Shown here piece after piece: positions 12,893-24,473 of a stretch of DNA of 64,000 nucleotides. This DNA is from Chrysomallon squamiferum (Eukaryota > Animalia > Mollusca). The translations under genes were made by a program, and so were the position numbers. Under the pieces are notes generated by a model. That model did no database searches and had not been told where the DNA came from. It was given only the letters and a program-made list of their open reading frames with translations. Numbering within the stretch: position 1 is the first letter of the stretch; each line of letters opens with the position of its first letter. The stretch is from contig CM022677.1 in assembly GCA_012295275.1 (NCBI GenBank), positions 11,532,001 through 11,596,000 of the forward strand. Reading direction: 5' to 3'.

Positions 12893-13235
12893 ATTAATGA
12901 CGCCGTCGTTGCCTTCGTAACGACGTTGTTCCTAGTTTTATTCGAGTACTTCTCATTAGTCTTCAGCGCTTTTCATTAATTATTACTCAAACTTTCTGAG
13001 CGCGCGCATCACCTATTAAAATATATTATTGTAATTTCTGTTAATGTCGCCGTCGTTCCCGTTGTACGGGGATTGTTCCTGACGTTACTGGTGTACTCCT
13101 TTTCGTATTCTATTCGCTGTTATTCTTATTGTCTACCGTGCCCGTCCTATATTAAAAAATATTATTATCTCCGTTAATGTCGCCGTCGTTGCCATCGTAA
13201 AGCGGTTATTCGTAATGTTTTTTGAGTGCTTATCA
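12893..13235 (+). repeat. Diverged tandem repeat, ~135-145-bp unit, about 2.5 copies
   Basis: TAATG(A/T)CGCCGTCGTT(G/C)CC recurs near 12895, 13042 and 13175. Confidence 0.8.
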
Positions 13236-13388
13236 TTATTCTTTAAAAAAAATCATAAAAACATTATTAAAAAAAATATGTAGAAATTTCACTATGCACA
13301 ATGACAAGTGACAGACTTTCACTGGAATTGTCTCATTTATCTATGAGAATGATTTTTTATTTTTATGACAGATGAGGAAAACTTTAAA

Positions 13389-13672
13389 GAAATATATATA
13401 TTTATATATTCTTTATTCTTTGAGTAAAACGTTAATGAAATATATATATTTATATATTCTGTTTATTCTTTGAGTAAAACGTTAATGAAATATATATATT
13501 TATATATTCTTTATTCTTTGAGTAAAACGTTAATGAAATATATATATTTATATATATATTCTTTATTCTTTGAGTAAAACATTAATGAAATATATATATT
13601 TATATATTCTGTTTATTCTTTGAGTAAAACGTTAATGAAATATATATATTTATATATTCTGTTTATTCTTTG
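13389..13672. repeat. AT-rich minisatellite, ~47-51-bp unit, 6 copies
   Basis: GAAATATATATATTTATATATTCT(GT)TTATTCTTTGAGTAAAACGTTAAT repeated head to tail. Confidence 0.95.
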
Positions 13673-15388
13673 TCCGCCTTTGTCACTGTCTCGTTGTCTC
13701 TAAATTGTCTCAGTCTAATTCTCTGCCTCATTCACGTGTTTCTATCTCTTTTCATAATTATTTTATTTATTTGTTGTATTTATTATTATTAATTATTATT
13801 TATTAATTTTTTTTATTTTACTTATTTATTTTAAATTTTTGGCTTGGATATAGTCAGAAATTAAAGTGAAAAACAGAGCTAGAAGTGACATCACTGTATT
13901 TCAAACTCAATGTGCAGCCAAGTTAACTAAATTTTCAGCAGAATCAAAACAGTCTTAAATTCCACCACAACGTTAGACAAATTTGGACTTTGACATCTAG
14001 TTTTTGAATGAAATAGTTGTTAGAATTAGCAACAATAAATGTAACTTATTTTTCTCTACTATCAGATTTTTTAAAAAAACATATTGTTACTTCATTTAGT
14101 ATTTTATCAAGAGAGAATAAAAATAACAAACTCACATTAGCTATTTCTGAATAAAGAGAATTAATTTGAATTATTTTATTATTTTTTTTATCATTATTAC
14201 TATTATTATTTTTATTTTTATTACCCTTACAGTTGTTATTACTATTACTATTATTATAATTACCATTATTATTATTATAATTACTACTGTGTTATTATTA
14301 TTATTATTATTATTATAAATAATTCTGCCTATTCACTGGGTTCCTTCATTAGGAAATAAAACTAAACAACATTCTTAGCTGAAATAGATCAGTTTTTTAT
14401 TGCATACAAATTAACATTAAACATGATAACGCCCATTTCCCATCGTGATGTTTGCTTTATAATGAAGTAACTATTCACTCCAGCCCACAAAACAGATTTA
14501 CATATTATTTCAGATTCAGCATGTGCCTTTACAATGTCTTTGTGTTCGTTTTTACTGATCTAGGTTTCCAAAGGGCACGTTTGCATATAATTAAATTTGA
14601 ATAGATTATAGGCCATCAAATGAGAAATTTATATCATTTAAAATTTATTTTAAATGTTTTGATACAATCTATTTTTAATTAATTTTTGTTTTAGACAGGA
14701 GCTGACAAAAGGGAAATTTACATATATTTAAAACATTTTTAAATTAAACTGTCATGACAATCTATTCATGAATTTTTTTTATCATATTGGCAAAAAATAC
14801 AAAATCTACATACTTGCATATTTAAGGTTAACAAAAAATATATATATATATATATTTAATATTTTTAACAGATAATTGGGCCAACTAAAGGGAAATTATC
14901 TGATTTTTAAAGGTTTTGTTTTGTTTACAAACACAAAGCCCACTGATATGAAACTCTTTCCAGATGTAATCAGTTGTAGAAACTGGTACATCTAAACATT
15001 CTTTAAATTTCTACATACATATTATACATTTTATTTCTTTTTATTCTTTCACATCAAGACCATACTCTTACACTGTAAAAGAGAACATTTTGTTTTATAA
15101 AGCAAGAATCATCTCTCACTTAGCAAAACAGCCCTTTTGAAAAACTATTTATAAAAAATTTCAATCACTTTTCATGATGTTACAGTGCCACAAACAATTC
15201 AGTGTGATTCTAATTATGCATAATGAAGACAAAAATAGGTTTTGCGTTTAATCAGCTAATAACAAATATTTTCAACACTTGTGAATTAAAAACAGCCGTT
15301 GTAATACCATCATGAAACAATTACAGCATTATTCCTTTTAGTTAAATCATTAGGAATGAAACTGGAAAAATGAAGACAGGTGAATTTT

Positions 15389-15446
15389 AATAATAATAAT
15401 TTTGATAACAGTAGTAATAGTAGTGGTAGTAATAATAGTAGTGATA

Positions 15447-15532
<86 letters not shown>

Positions 15533-15553
15533 CTAGTAATAATAATAATAATA
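15389..15553. repeat. (TAA)n/(TAG)n microsatellite
   Basis: Directly visible. Confidence 0.95.
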
Positions 15554-16842
15554 CATTTTTTACATTTACCATTTGATATGAGACATTAACTTGAAAGACT
15601 CTGTCATTATCCATACAGAAATAACTAAAATAATGTTCTTAAACACTTAATAAAAATATTCATACTGTATAATTAACCAATCCATTGAAAATATTATAAT
15701 ATATGATGGTTATAAATATAAAATTACAGTAAGATTTATTTTTCATGGTCACTATGAGTGAATTACAAAGTCAATAGTTTAAAAAAGCTAAAATAGATAC
15801 ATCTGTTATGAATGATCAATACAGATAGTAAACTACTTTTGATTGGCTAATATGTCTGAGAAAATCATTTTGATTGGTTTAAAAACAGTTGGTCACATAT
15901 ATTTTTGTAAATAATATATAAATATCAAATGTGATATAAAACTGTTTTATTTTTATGTGAATATTTTTCTTTGGCTGATGTGTAGCTGGTAATTGATTAG
16001 GAACTAGATTTAAAGTCAGACTGGAAAATAAACAAAAATATCATAAAATGAAACATCTCTTGATTTTTTTACCAATTTTATTCTTGAAAACAGATGGTAG
16101 TTCTAAATACTGTGTTGTATTCAAAATTAAGAAAACAGATTCATGTGGGTTGTTGTTAACAGATTTTTTAATAATATTTATATTATATGTATAATCAACA
16201 TACTTTTGCTGTTTTAACCTGTCAGGACATCTAACCTTTGACCATGGACAGTGACTGGCCGATGCAATGTTTTAACGCAATAAGTGAACTGGAAATATGG
16301 TCACATTGCATGCTTTATCTTCTCTGTGACTTCTGATGTTCCATGCAAGGTGTGTCAGCCAAAGGGATGCAACTTGAGGTTTGTCTGCTTCAGCTTTTCG
16401 TTTCAGTTTTGATTCACTGTTATTTGAGTTTTGGCTGCAGCTTGTAATAAACAACTTTTTCAGTCTTCACAGTTTATGTTAAAAGTGAGGAACAAAACAA
16501 TAATAAAGAACACAACAAATTTAAAACACACTTTTGATATTTTTGTTTACATAACTGCCTGTTCACAGCAACAAGGTAAGGCTATCAGTGTCACAGCCAA
16601 TATTCAAGTATAAAAAGCAAATACAAGAATTTGTGAGAAAAAAATTACAAAAAAAAAAGAAAAAAGAATATGCCTAGTGTTACTTGCTTATAGATAACAC
16701 CCTATGAATTATATTTGAGAAACAACTAAAAAAAAAAAAAAAATAATAAAAAATATGAAATTTTGTTAAATGATTATAAAAATATGTAACACACATTTCA
16801 AAATCATTGGTGATAAATAATAATGAAATAGTGAAATATATG

Positions 16843-16914
16843 TACAATCTGTGTCATGTGACAGCATCACCAGGCAGGTTAATACTGTGATACTGTCACA
16901 TGACACAGATTGTA
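16843..16914. other. Near-perfect hairpin (28-bp arms, 16-nt loop); candidate pre-miRNA or mini-MITE
   Basis: TACAATCTGTGTCATGTGACAGCATCAC (16843-16870) pairs with GTGATACTGTCACATGACACAGATTGTA (16887-16914) with one mismatch; an imperfect stem extends into the flanks. Confidence 0.8.
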
Positions 16915-19440
16915 TAAGTTGTACTGTTTATTATTACTTTACCTGGAGATGGTGGTCTTCTCCCCCTGTCTGCCTATTTTTTGTAAGTACAATGCAGGAA
17001 ACTAACAGAAAAACAAAAACAAAATAATCAATTTAAAAACATTGTATTATATTATTTGGATTTACAAAAATTATTTTGTGACATAATAAATAAATAAATT
17101 TATATTAAAAAAAGAATTAAAAAAAAAAAAAAGAAGAAAACAGAAAAATCTAAATATTAATTATAGAACAATGAGAACAAAATATGTAGATGAAAACTGA
17201 TACTTTTCAAATTTAATTTACTACTACTACTAATAATAATAATAATAATAATAATAATTTAAGAAAGAAAATCAAAATCAAAATTAGAATATTACATTAC
17301 CAAAATTCTCCAGATCCATTTCTCCCAGGTTTATATTTTACATTATTAAATACTAACTCTAACCCTAATAATCCTAATAATGATTTATAGCATCCTTTAA
17401 TTTATTGTAACAATTAACCACTTATTAAGTTTAGTAACAAATTTTCCCTGAAAATTAATTAAATGCTCTAGATAGTGTTTTGATTGTACATGTATGTAAT
17501 AATACATGTGAATAATGCTTAAACACATAAATCTGAGAATAACAGATTTCAATATTTCTGGTCCATTAAATTTAGCAATGGCTTAATTTAGATTAATAAT
17601 AATAATTAGCAGGGCTTTAAAAATAAGAAAATTAATAAACAAGTAGCAAGCTAATTTAACCTGCAAATAAAGATTTAAAATAAAATTTACCAGAAAAGAT
17701 AATTTATGATATAACTACATTATTAATATCATTATTTTGATGCATGTTTCAATATGGTATACATTCTGAAAATTCTGCTTACATTCATGTGTGCACTATG
17801 TTAGAAAATTCAGTGTGTTTCTATAACACCTAAAAACTGAAATATTTTAGAATTATATTTTATATTATAATTATTTAAAACAATAAATTACTAATCTGAC
17901 ATATTAAAAGAATAACTTTAATTCATGGATTTCAAAAAAGCTTTATTTTTATTTTTATTTTATTATTATGATTTGTTTTGTTTTTTAAAGTTCTACAGTC
18001 ACTATTTTTGATAAGTGATGAAAATTCTGTAAATAAGCAAAGTGAGAATTAAGTGAAAAGCAAAAAGGTTTTTAGATAATAATAAAGATAATAATGCTAC
18101 ATATTTTTTTTTAAAACCTCCAAGAACTGATTAAATTTAAAAAAGTAAAGTTAATACAGATGACAGGATGATGAAAACAAGTGTGGATGACTAAATGAAG
18201 AAATGATAAATATGTTTTAAACTAATGGATGATAAAATTAGTTAATTTTACTTATAAAAATTGAACTTAATAAATATGTGTGATGCTGTAATTTATATAT
18301 TCCATGTTGACTGGTACCAGCATTTCCTAATAATAAAGAATAACAATATTTTAACAGGCTTGTATATAAAGGATGACTTACCCAATATTTTATTTTATTT
18401 TTTATTTTAATTTATCCATATATCACAAAATATAAGAAATGTAAACAAAACCTCACAGACTGAGTAAATTAGTGTATAATGCTGACATACTCAGTCTCTT
18501 AAAGTCTTTTGTATTGAGGAATGATGTTAATGGAAAAATAAATATAGAGATTAAAAGAATAACAAATAAATAAATAAAATAATAATAAAAATATAAGAAG
18601 AATTAAAAAAATCATAAGAAGAAGAATATATAATGATTGTTGACACCAGAAACAAGAATAAAACCATGATAATGGAAATATGGAAATAATGAAGTATTCT
18701 AAGTTATCATGCACTCTAACCACTGAGCCAGTCTATCCATCACTATAAGATTAACACAGTTGATTAAGTGAATACTCTCGGAGTAGAGTTTGATTTGTTT
18801 AGTTCTGAATCTCGACTCAGTTTTGTGAAAGCTAATGAGTACTTGGTGTTCCATGACATTTGACTTCCATTACCATAGCAAGATGCTGAATTAACATTAA
18901 TAAAAATAATAATAAACCCTGCAATGTAAGCTATCTGATGAAATAAATCTTCATAAGATTTAACTGAGGAGCACTCATTTAAAATTAACTTTCTTTATTG
19001 ACAGCTTCTGAAATACTGACATTATTAAAGCCTGAAAGCATCCATTTTAAATAATACAAATATATTTACATAGGAAAAAGCATTGATCAGTCTGTATACT
19101 AAAACTGAATATTACAAATATCAATTTTTCCAGTACAATAACAAATTTCATAAATTCATATAATAAAAGATATAATACAATTTTTTGGCTTGCAATGTAC
19201 ATTTTTTTAAAGTAAAATTCTGAACCATAACTAAAAATTCTCACAAAACTTACTTTCTGTTTCCTGACCATTCAGAAGATGTCAGTTTTATCAAGTGGAA
19301 AAAGTAGATGGTAAGATTCTGTTAACAGAATGTTTTGATGAGGTATAGATTACATAAAGAATTAGCTGTTTCTAACACATCTTTCAAACATATCTCTGAA
19401 AAATAAATAAATAACAATGAGGCAATACATATTTAATAAC

Positions 19441-22400
19441 AGCTACTGCTGAAAAAAGGGTACATAACTCTCTATTTCGCTGCAGAAAATTATGTTCTGT
19501 TTTTAATAGTTTTAGGATTTAGTTTTATCTGTAATAATAAAGTGATTTTGTTTCTTGTATAATCTCTAATACAGTCAATAAAAAAGGACGTTAATCCACA
19601 AGCGCGCGCAGTAATTCTGATTATCCACTGATCTTCTATAAAACAAAATATTTATCTTGCATATTCTGCGTTAGTAAATGTAAGTAATGTGTCAAGTTAT
19701 AAAATGTCATCAAAATTTAATCTATCCTCTTCTCACCTTTAGAAGTATAATCCTACATTGGTGATTAAAAATAATAAAAAAATCCAGAAGCCCATTTAAT
19801 ATGTTCAATATACACCTCTCACCTACATACTAAATTATAAAAAATGATTTTTATTATGCGATGTAAATATTTAGTTATTTATTTATTTATTATTATTATT
19901 ATTCTCAAATAATTGTCTCGCTCATTATCTTTTTTTTTCCTTTTTTTTAATGTTCTTTTTCTCAGTCAAGAGGATTGAAAAGTGGATATCTCCAGTGTAC
20001 TTGTCTGTGTGAAGCTATAGCTACGTCATAAAAAATACTGACATCCAGACTGGAGCGATGATGTTAACTTTTCAAGTGTTATGGATATTGAGAAGTAAAG
20101 AAATCAAATAAAGATTAGAATTGTATTTTCTTTATATTACTATTGCTGTTATCGTTGTCTTTGTTGTTGTTGTTTTATGTTTATACTGTAGCATTATAGT
20201 AAACATTACAGGTCTGATTGTACTGTGAAAACACTGTGTACATTCAGAAATGTAGATTAGGCTTCCAGGCTAACGTGTTTTTATAAACAACAGTAGAATT
20301 ATATGTGAATATCGAGAACGCTTCCATACTAATGTGACATTTTATTAACAGAACTTGTTTCACAGAACAGCTAAGTAGGAGTAATTTTACACGGCGTTAT
20401 CAAAATAAGATGCAACTTCAGTACCGCCATCACTATTTATGTTACATGTTTTATGTTGTAAACAGAGGCGTAGCGGTAATATTATGTATTGAAAACACAG
20501 TGTATGAAAAACAGAGGTATTGGTTATTAATTAACAACATCAGATCATTTTATTTTTCATAATAAATTAATAAATAAATAAATAAATAAATAAATAATAA
20601 GCTTATTTTTTCTTTAACAGGTATAACGTGTCTAACAAGTTGAATAATGAATCAACGTTTAATAATGCGTATTATTCTCTTTTTTATTAAGATATTAGAA
20701 TTGCAGTTGAGAGTTGAGAGGCTAGATTAAGATGAATTAACTTCACCCTTTTATTGATATTTGCAAGTGCAGCTTTCTTAAATCCTAGAAAAGTCTAAAA
20801 TACAGAGAAACATTAATAGACGTTTTTATTATTAAAAGTAAAGTGAAAAGGCGAGGATGCGAGAGATGAATCTTGTTTATTATAACACAAGTTCTGTAAA
20901 TATACTGCGCTGTTACAGATTAATTCTTAATTAACTGTAGAAAGTGATATTCTATTATCTCCCCTAAAAATTAAATTGATAATTAGACAATTCATATTCA
21001 AGTAGATATAATCTAGAGAGCTATATATAAATGTAAAATATTACGGTTCTTTCGCTGAATTTAAATGTATTAGTATAAACAGGTCTGGTTGAAGCAAATA
21101 AATATAAATGTTGTCGTTCAGTTCCATTATATGTGGTAAACAGCGTTTTTCATAATAACAAGAACATGTTTTTTTGTTCATTACTGCAATACAAAGAACA
21201 TTTTAGTTGCCGTTTACAGGGACAGATAAATAAATAAATAAATTAATTAATATTAATATTAATATCTAAGATCCTTCAGTATTTTAGGCATACACAGAAC
21301 CTCTCCCAGTGAGATAAAATATCATCGCTGCTTTATTATCAATGTTTTCTGCAGTGTTTATCATTTCTTTTACTGAAGTTTTAATTACAGCGACACCTGC
21401 ATTTATCACTGTAATCTGAGAGGTAGATAGGTAGGTGGATAGACAGATAGACAGACAGATAGATGGAGAGTGAGACAGACAGACATATATAGAGATAAAT
21501 CCATAGACCGTCATACAGACACACAGACGGATAGAAAAACCCAGAACTGAATAATTAAAATGACCAATAAAAGAAAAGTTGTGAAAAGCTAGGTTAATGT
21601 GATATTATATAATAATGCATGTACAAACATTTTCTTACTAGCTCATTTGCCTATGAAATGTAAAATGTCTATCTATCTCTATGTCCATCAATGTCTATTA
21701 TTTAACTATATACATAAACACCCTCTCACTGATATGAACTTACGTATATAACTATCCTCTAAGGCAAACACATATACCAAACTATTTCTTTTCGATATGT
21801 GTGTATGTCTGTGTTTGTGTATGTGTCTATCTCTCTATCTGTTTATTTGTTGATAATTGTTTCTTTCTTTATAATGACGACTGTAATACTGACATTACGA
21901 CATTAACGATAAAAACAACAACACCAATTGCAATAATACTACTTAAAATGATAAATAAAATAATAATTATGAAAGAATTCTGAAACAAGATTAAGAAAGA
22001 AAATAAAATGATTAATTCAAGCACATATTTATTATAAAGAAACAGTTACAGTAAAAAGAAATAAACAAATACTATAGGGTAATTTGTTGTACTGATTTTT
22101 GCTATATAATCCTTGTTTATGATAATAATAATAAGTCCTAATCATAATAAAAGTCAATAAACTAAACTCCTTGAGAAATGTCACATTAATAATGTAATGT
22201 CTTTAAAGTCTGCACCAGCTGGGATTTCAAGATTTGCGCAAGAATCAAGACAATACCAATTTGGGCACCCGTCACATCCTATGAAGTCGTCAGAATTCAT
22301 TCCATCATCAACGCTGCCACAGAGTTCACATTTTTCTTGTGTATCTACTACATCTCTGTCTTCTAGTTCAGGCTCCTCGCCATCAACGGTTTCTTTGGCT

Positions 22401-22998
22401 GCATCCACCGGTTCTGCTGTAGCATTCAAACTGAACTGCCGTTTTGACTTTGGTATATTCTAATTTTTGTTATTGTAATTTTATCTCTAAAATATTTGCT
22501 TTCTTTGCCTTTTCTTCCTCCTTCTTCTTCTTCTCTGCCAACTCTTCTTCATTCCTCTTGACACTTTCTTCTTCTGTCAGTGCCTCGGCATACCTCATCC
22601 TCTTGATTTTATTTGAAGTTTGACAACGTGCCCGCCAGATGGACCGTGGACTTTCAACTGTTTCAAAAAACTTAAATAAAACTGAATAGACTATATCGAT
22701 GCCAAAACTATTGATGTCACCACCAAATATGGAGGCCAAGAAATGTCTATAATATTTTCCGTTAAAGAGCACATTAATCACAGAACCTATAATACTTAAT
22801 TATCACATAATATCTGGTAAAATAAAATAATCCATCTAATTAGAGTAATCCGGAGAGTGAGAGAGAGAGTAAGAAAGCTAGAGGTAGATATTTATATGTC
22901 ATAAGTACATACACTTCTGTTGGCCTGTCTGTGTATAGAAAGGCCTTTCAAATTAATGGCACTGTATTCGAAATTAGAAAAAAGTAGCAATACCCTAT
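19441..22998 (-). repeat. Composite repeat, copy A (minus orientation)
   Basis: 19441-22615 is the reverse complement of ~54965-58035 (paired ORFs 21284..21514 with 55935..56195, and 22181..22429 with 55131..55370). 22740-22998 is the reverse complement of 27214-27502. Confidence 0.92.
22162..22680 (-). pseudogene. C-terminal fragment of a pogo-type (DDE_1) transposase: coiled coil + PHD finger
   Basis: KRMRYAEALTEEESVKRNEEELAEKKKKEEEKAKK, then CELC...FIGCDGCPNWYCLDSC and, after a frameshift, CDIS. The A-x-x-LT + E/K coil + PHD layout is typical of pogo-family transposase tails. Contains a stop and frameshifts. Confidence 0.65.
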
Positions 22999-23231
22999 GT
23001 ATCCATCTGTTCATCTATCTTCAGTAACTATCTCTGTATGTACGTGTACCTATCATAATCTATCTATCTATCTATATATCTATATATCTATCTAACCAAT
23101 TAATATAATATTAATGTACTAATTAGCCATTCCCTTTGGAAATGTTGCCACATCTACACCACGGTGAGGTTCAGTACACGTAGGGGATGTTTGTAATGGT
23201 TAGTATTTGTTAAATGTTAGTATTTGGTTAA

Positions 23232-23234
<3 letters not shown>

Positions 23235-23308
<74 letters not shown>
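23235..23308. repeat. (CT)n microsatellite
   Basis: Directly visible. Confidence 0.98.
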
Positions 23309-23310
<2 letters not shown>

Positions 23311-24473
23311 TTTAGTGATATGTGTTCACAAACATAGATTAGAGTTATGTCTCTTATTTGAAACATTTAATAATAATTAAAAAATTGAATAATAAAATCT
23401 GTGACATGTCTCTGTCTCCCACACACACACACACACGCAGAACATGTTACTGTCCTCAGTAATGAACTGCCTCTGTTAACCTGCAGCAGCAACTGAGCTA
23501 AAAGTACTTGAGCGAAATCTCAAACAGTTTGAGGAGAGTTTTTACAAACAGTTTCTGACTTACTTTTCATAACAACTGCAGAGAGGTGTAGGTTACAATG
23601 CTGACCAGCTCGTACCTAGATGAGCGTCTTACAGGAGCAGCATTTACATCTTGTGATGATGTCTCTTATCAGCTGTCATATTCACATCTCGCTCGGTCTC
23701 AATAAAAGGACAAGTAAGTGGAAGGAGAGAAGTGATCACGCGATCAACATTCTCACTTACGGTTTACAAAACTGGTTCTCATTGTCGGGGAGATGTTCAG
23801 GAAGATTTACGGCTACTACAGTGGGGTCTATGCTATATGTCGCTTGTGTTACATGTAGTGGATCTGTAGTGCTATATCTTTTGAATCCAATATCTGTGGA
23901 TATTTTTCGCCAGGTCACCAAATGTGACCAAAGTTCCGTTTAGGCGACTGGGATGTTAAAAACACTAAGAATTAGCCGTGAAAAAAAAAAAAAATAAAAT
24001 AAAATAAAATGTTTGACCATATTTATTCTATAAGTTTATTTATTCTATTATTTAAGTTATAACAAAAGAGCCACTGTTAATAATTTTATTTCAAATATTT
24101 ATTTCACATAAAAGGATTGTTCATAGTTCCATAAGTTCGACGTATCGGCTTACCGTATTTGCCAACATCTATTTATACACATTAATATTAAAGTGAGGCC
24201 AGCTAACATTTCCAAACTTTACGTTATAGAGTTATCGGTTGCTTAACAAAACAGTTTATCACAGGCGATAACTCTATCAGCAAGAGTTTGCTATTGTTTT
24301 TCCTTATTAATTCAAGTATTAGTTCGCTAAAGTGAAGACCACGAACAAATCTAGCGAACATATACACCGTCAGGTTAAAGAATTATCGGTTGGTTAACGA
24401 AACAAGTTATCATGGGAGATAACTCTATAACCTTGTATTTGCTATGTTTTTTCCTTCTCAATTCCAGTAGGGT

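Noticed and set aside
17353-17378. Telomeric repeat
   Set aside because: Only one exact TAACCC unit among degenerate neighbours.
21284-21514. Conserved ORF pair (with 55935..56195) as a gene
   Set aside because: Similarity is explained by the DNA-level duplication, and the N-terminal half is microsatellite-derived.
23620-23943. 107-aa ORF as a gene
   Set aside because: No recognisable motif or splice context; the region is GC-richer but unassignable.
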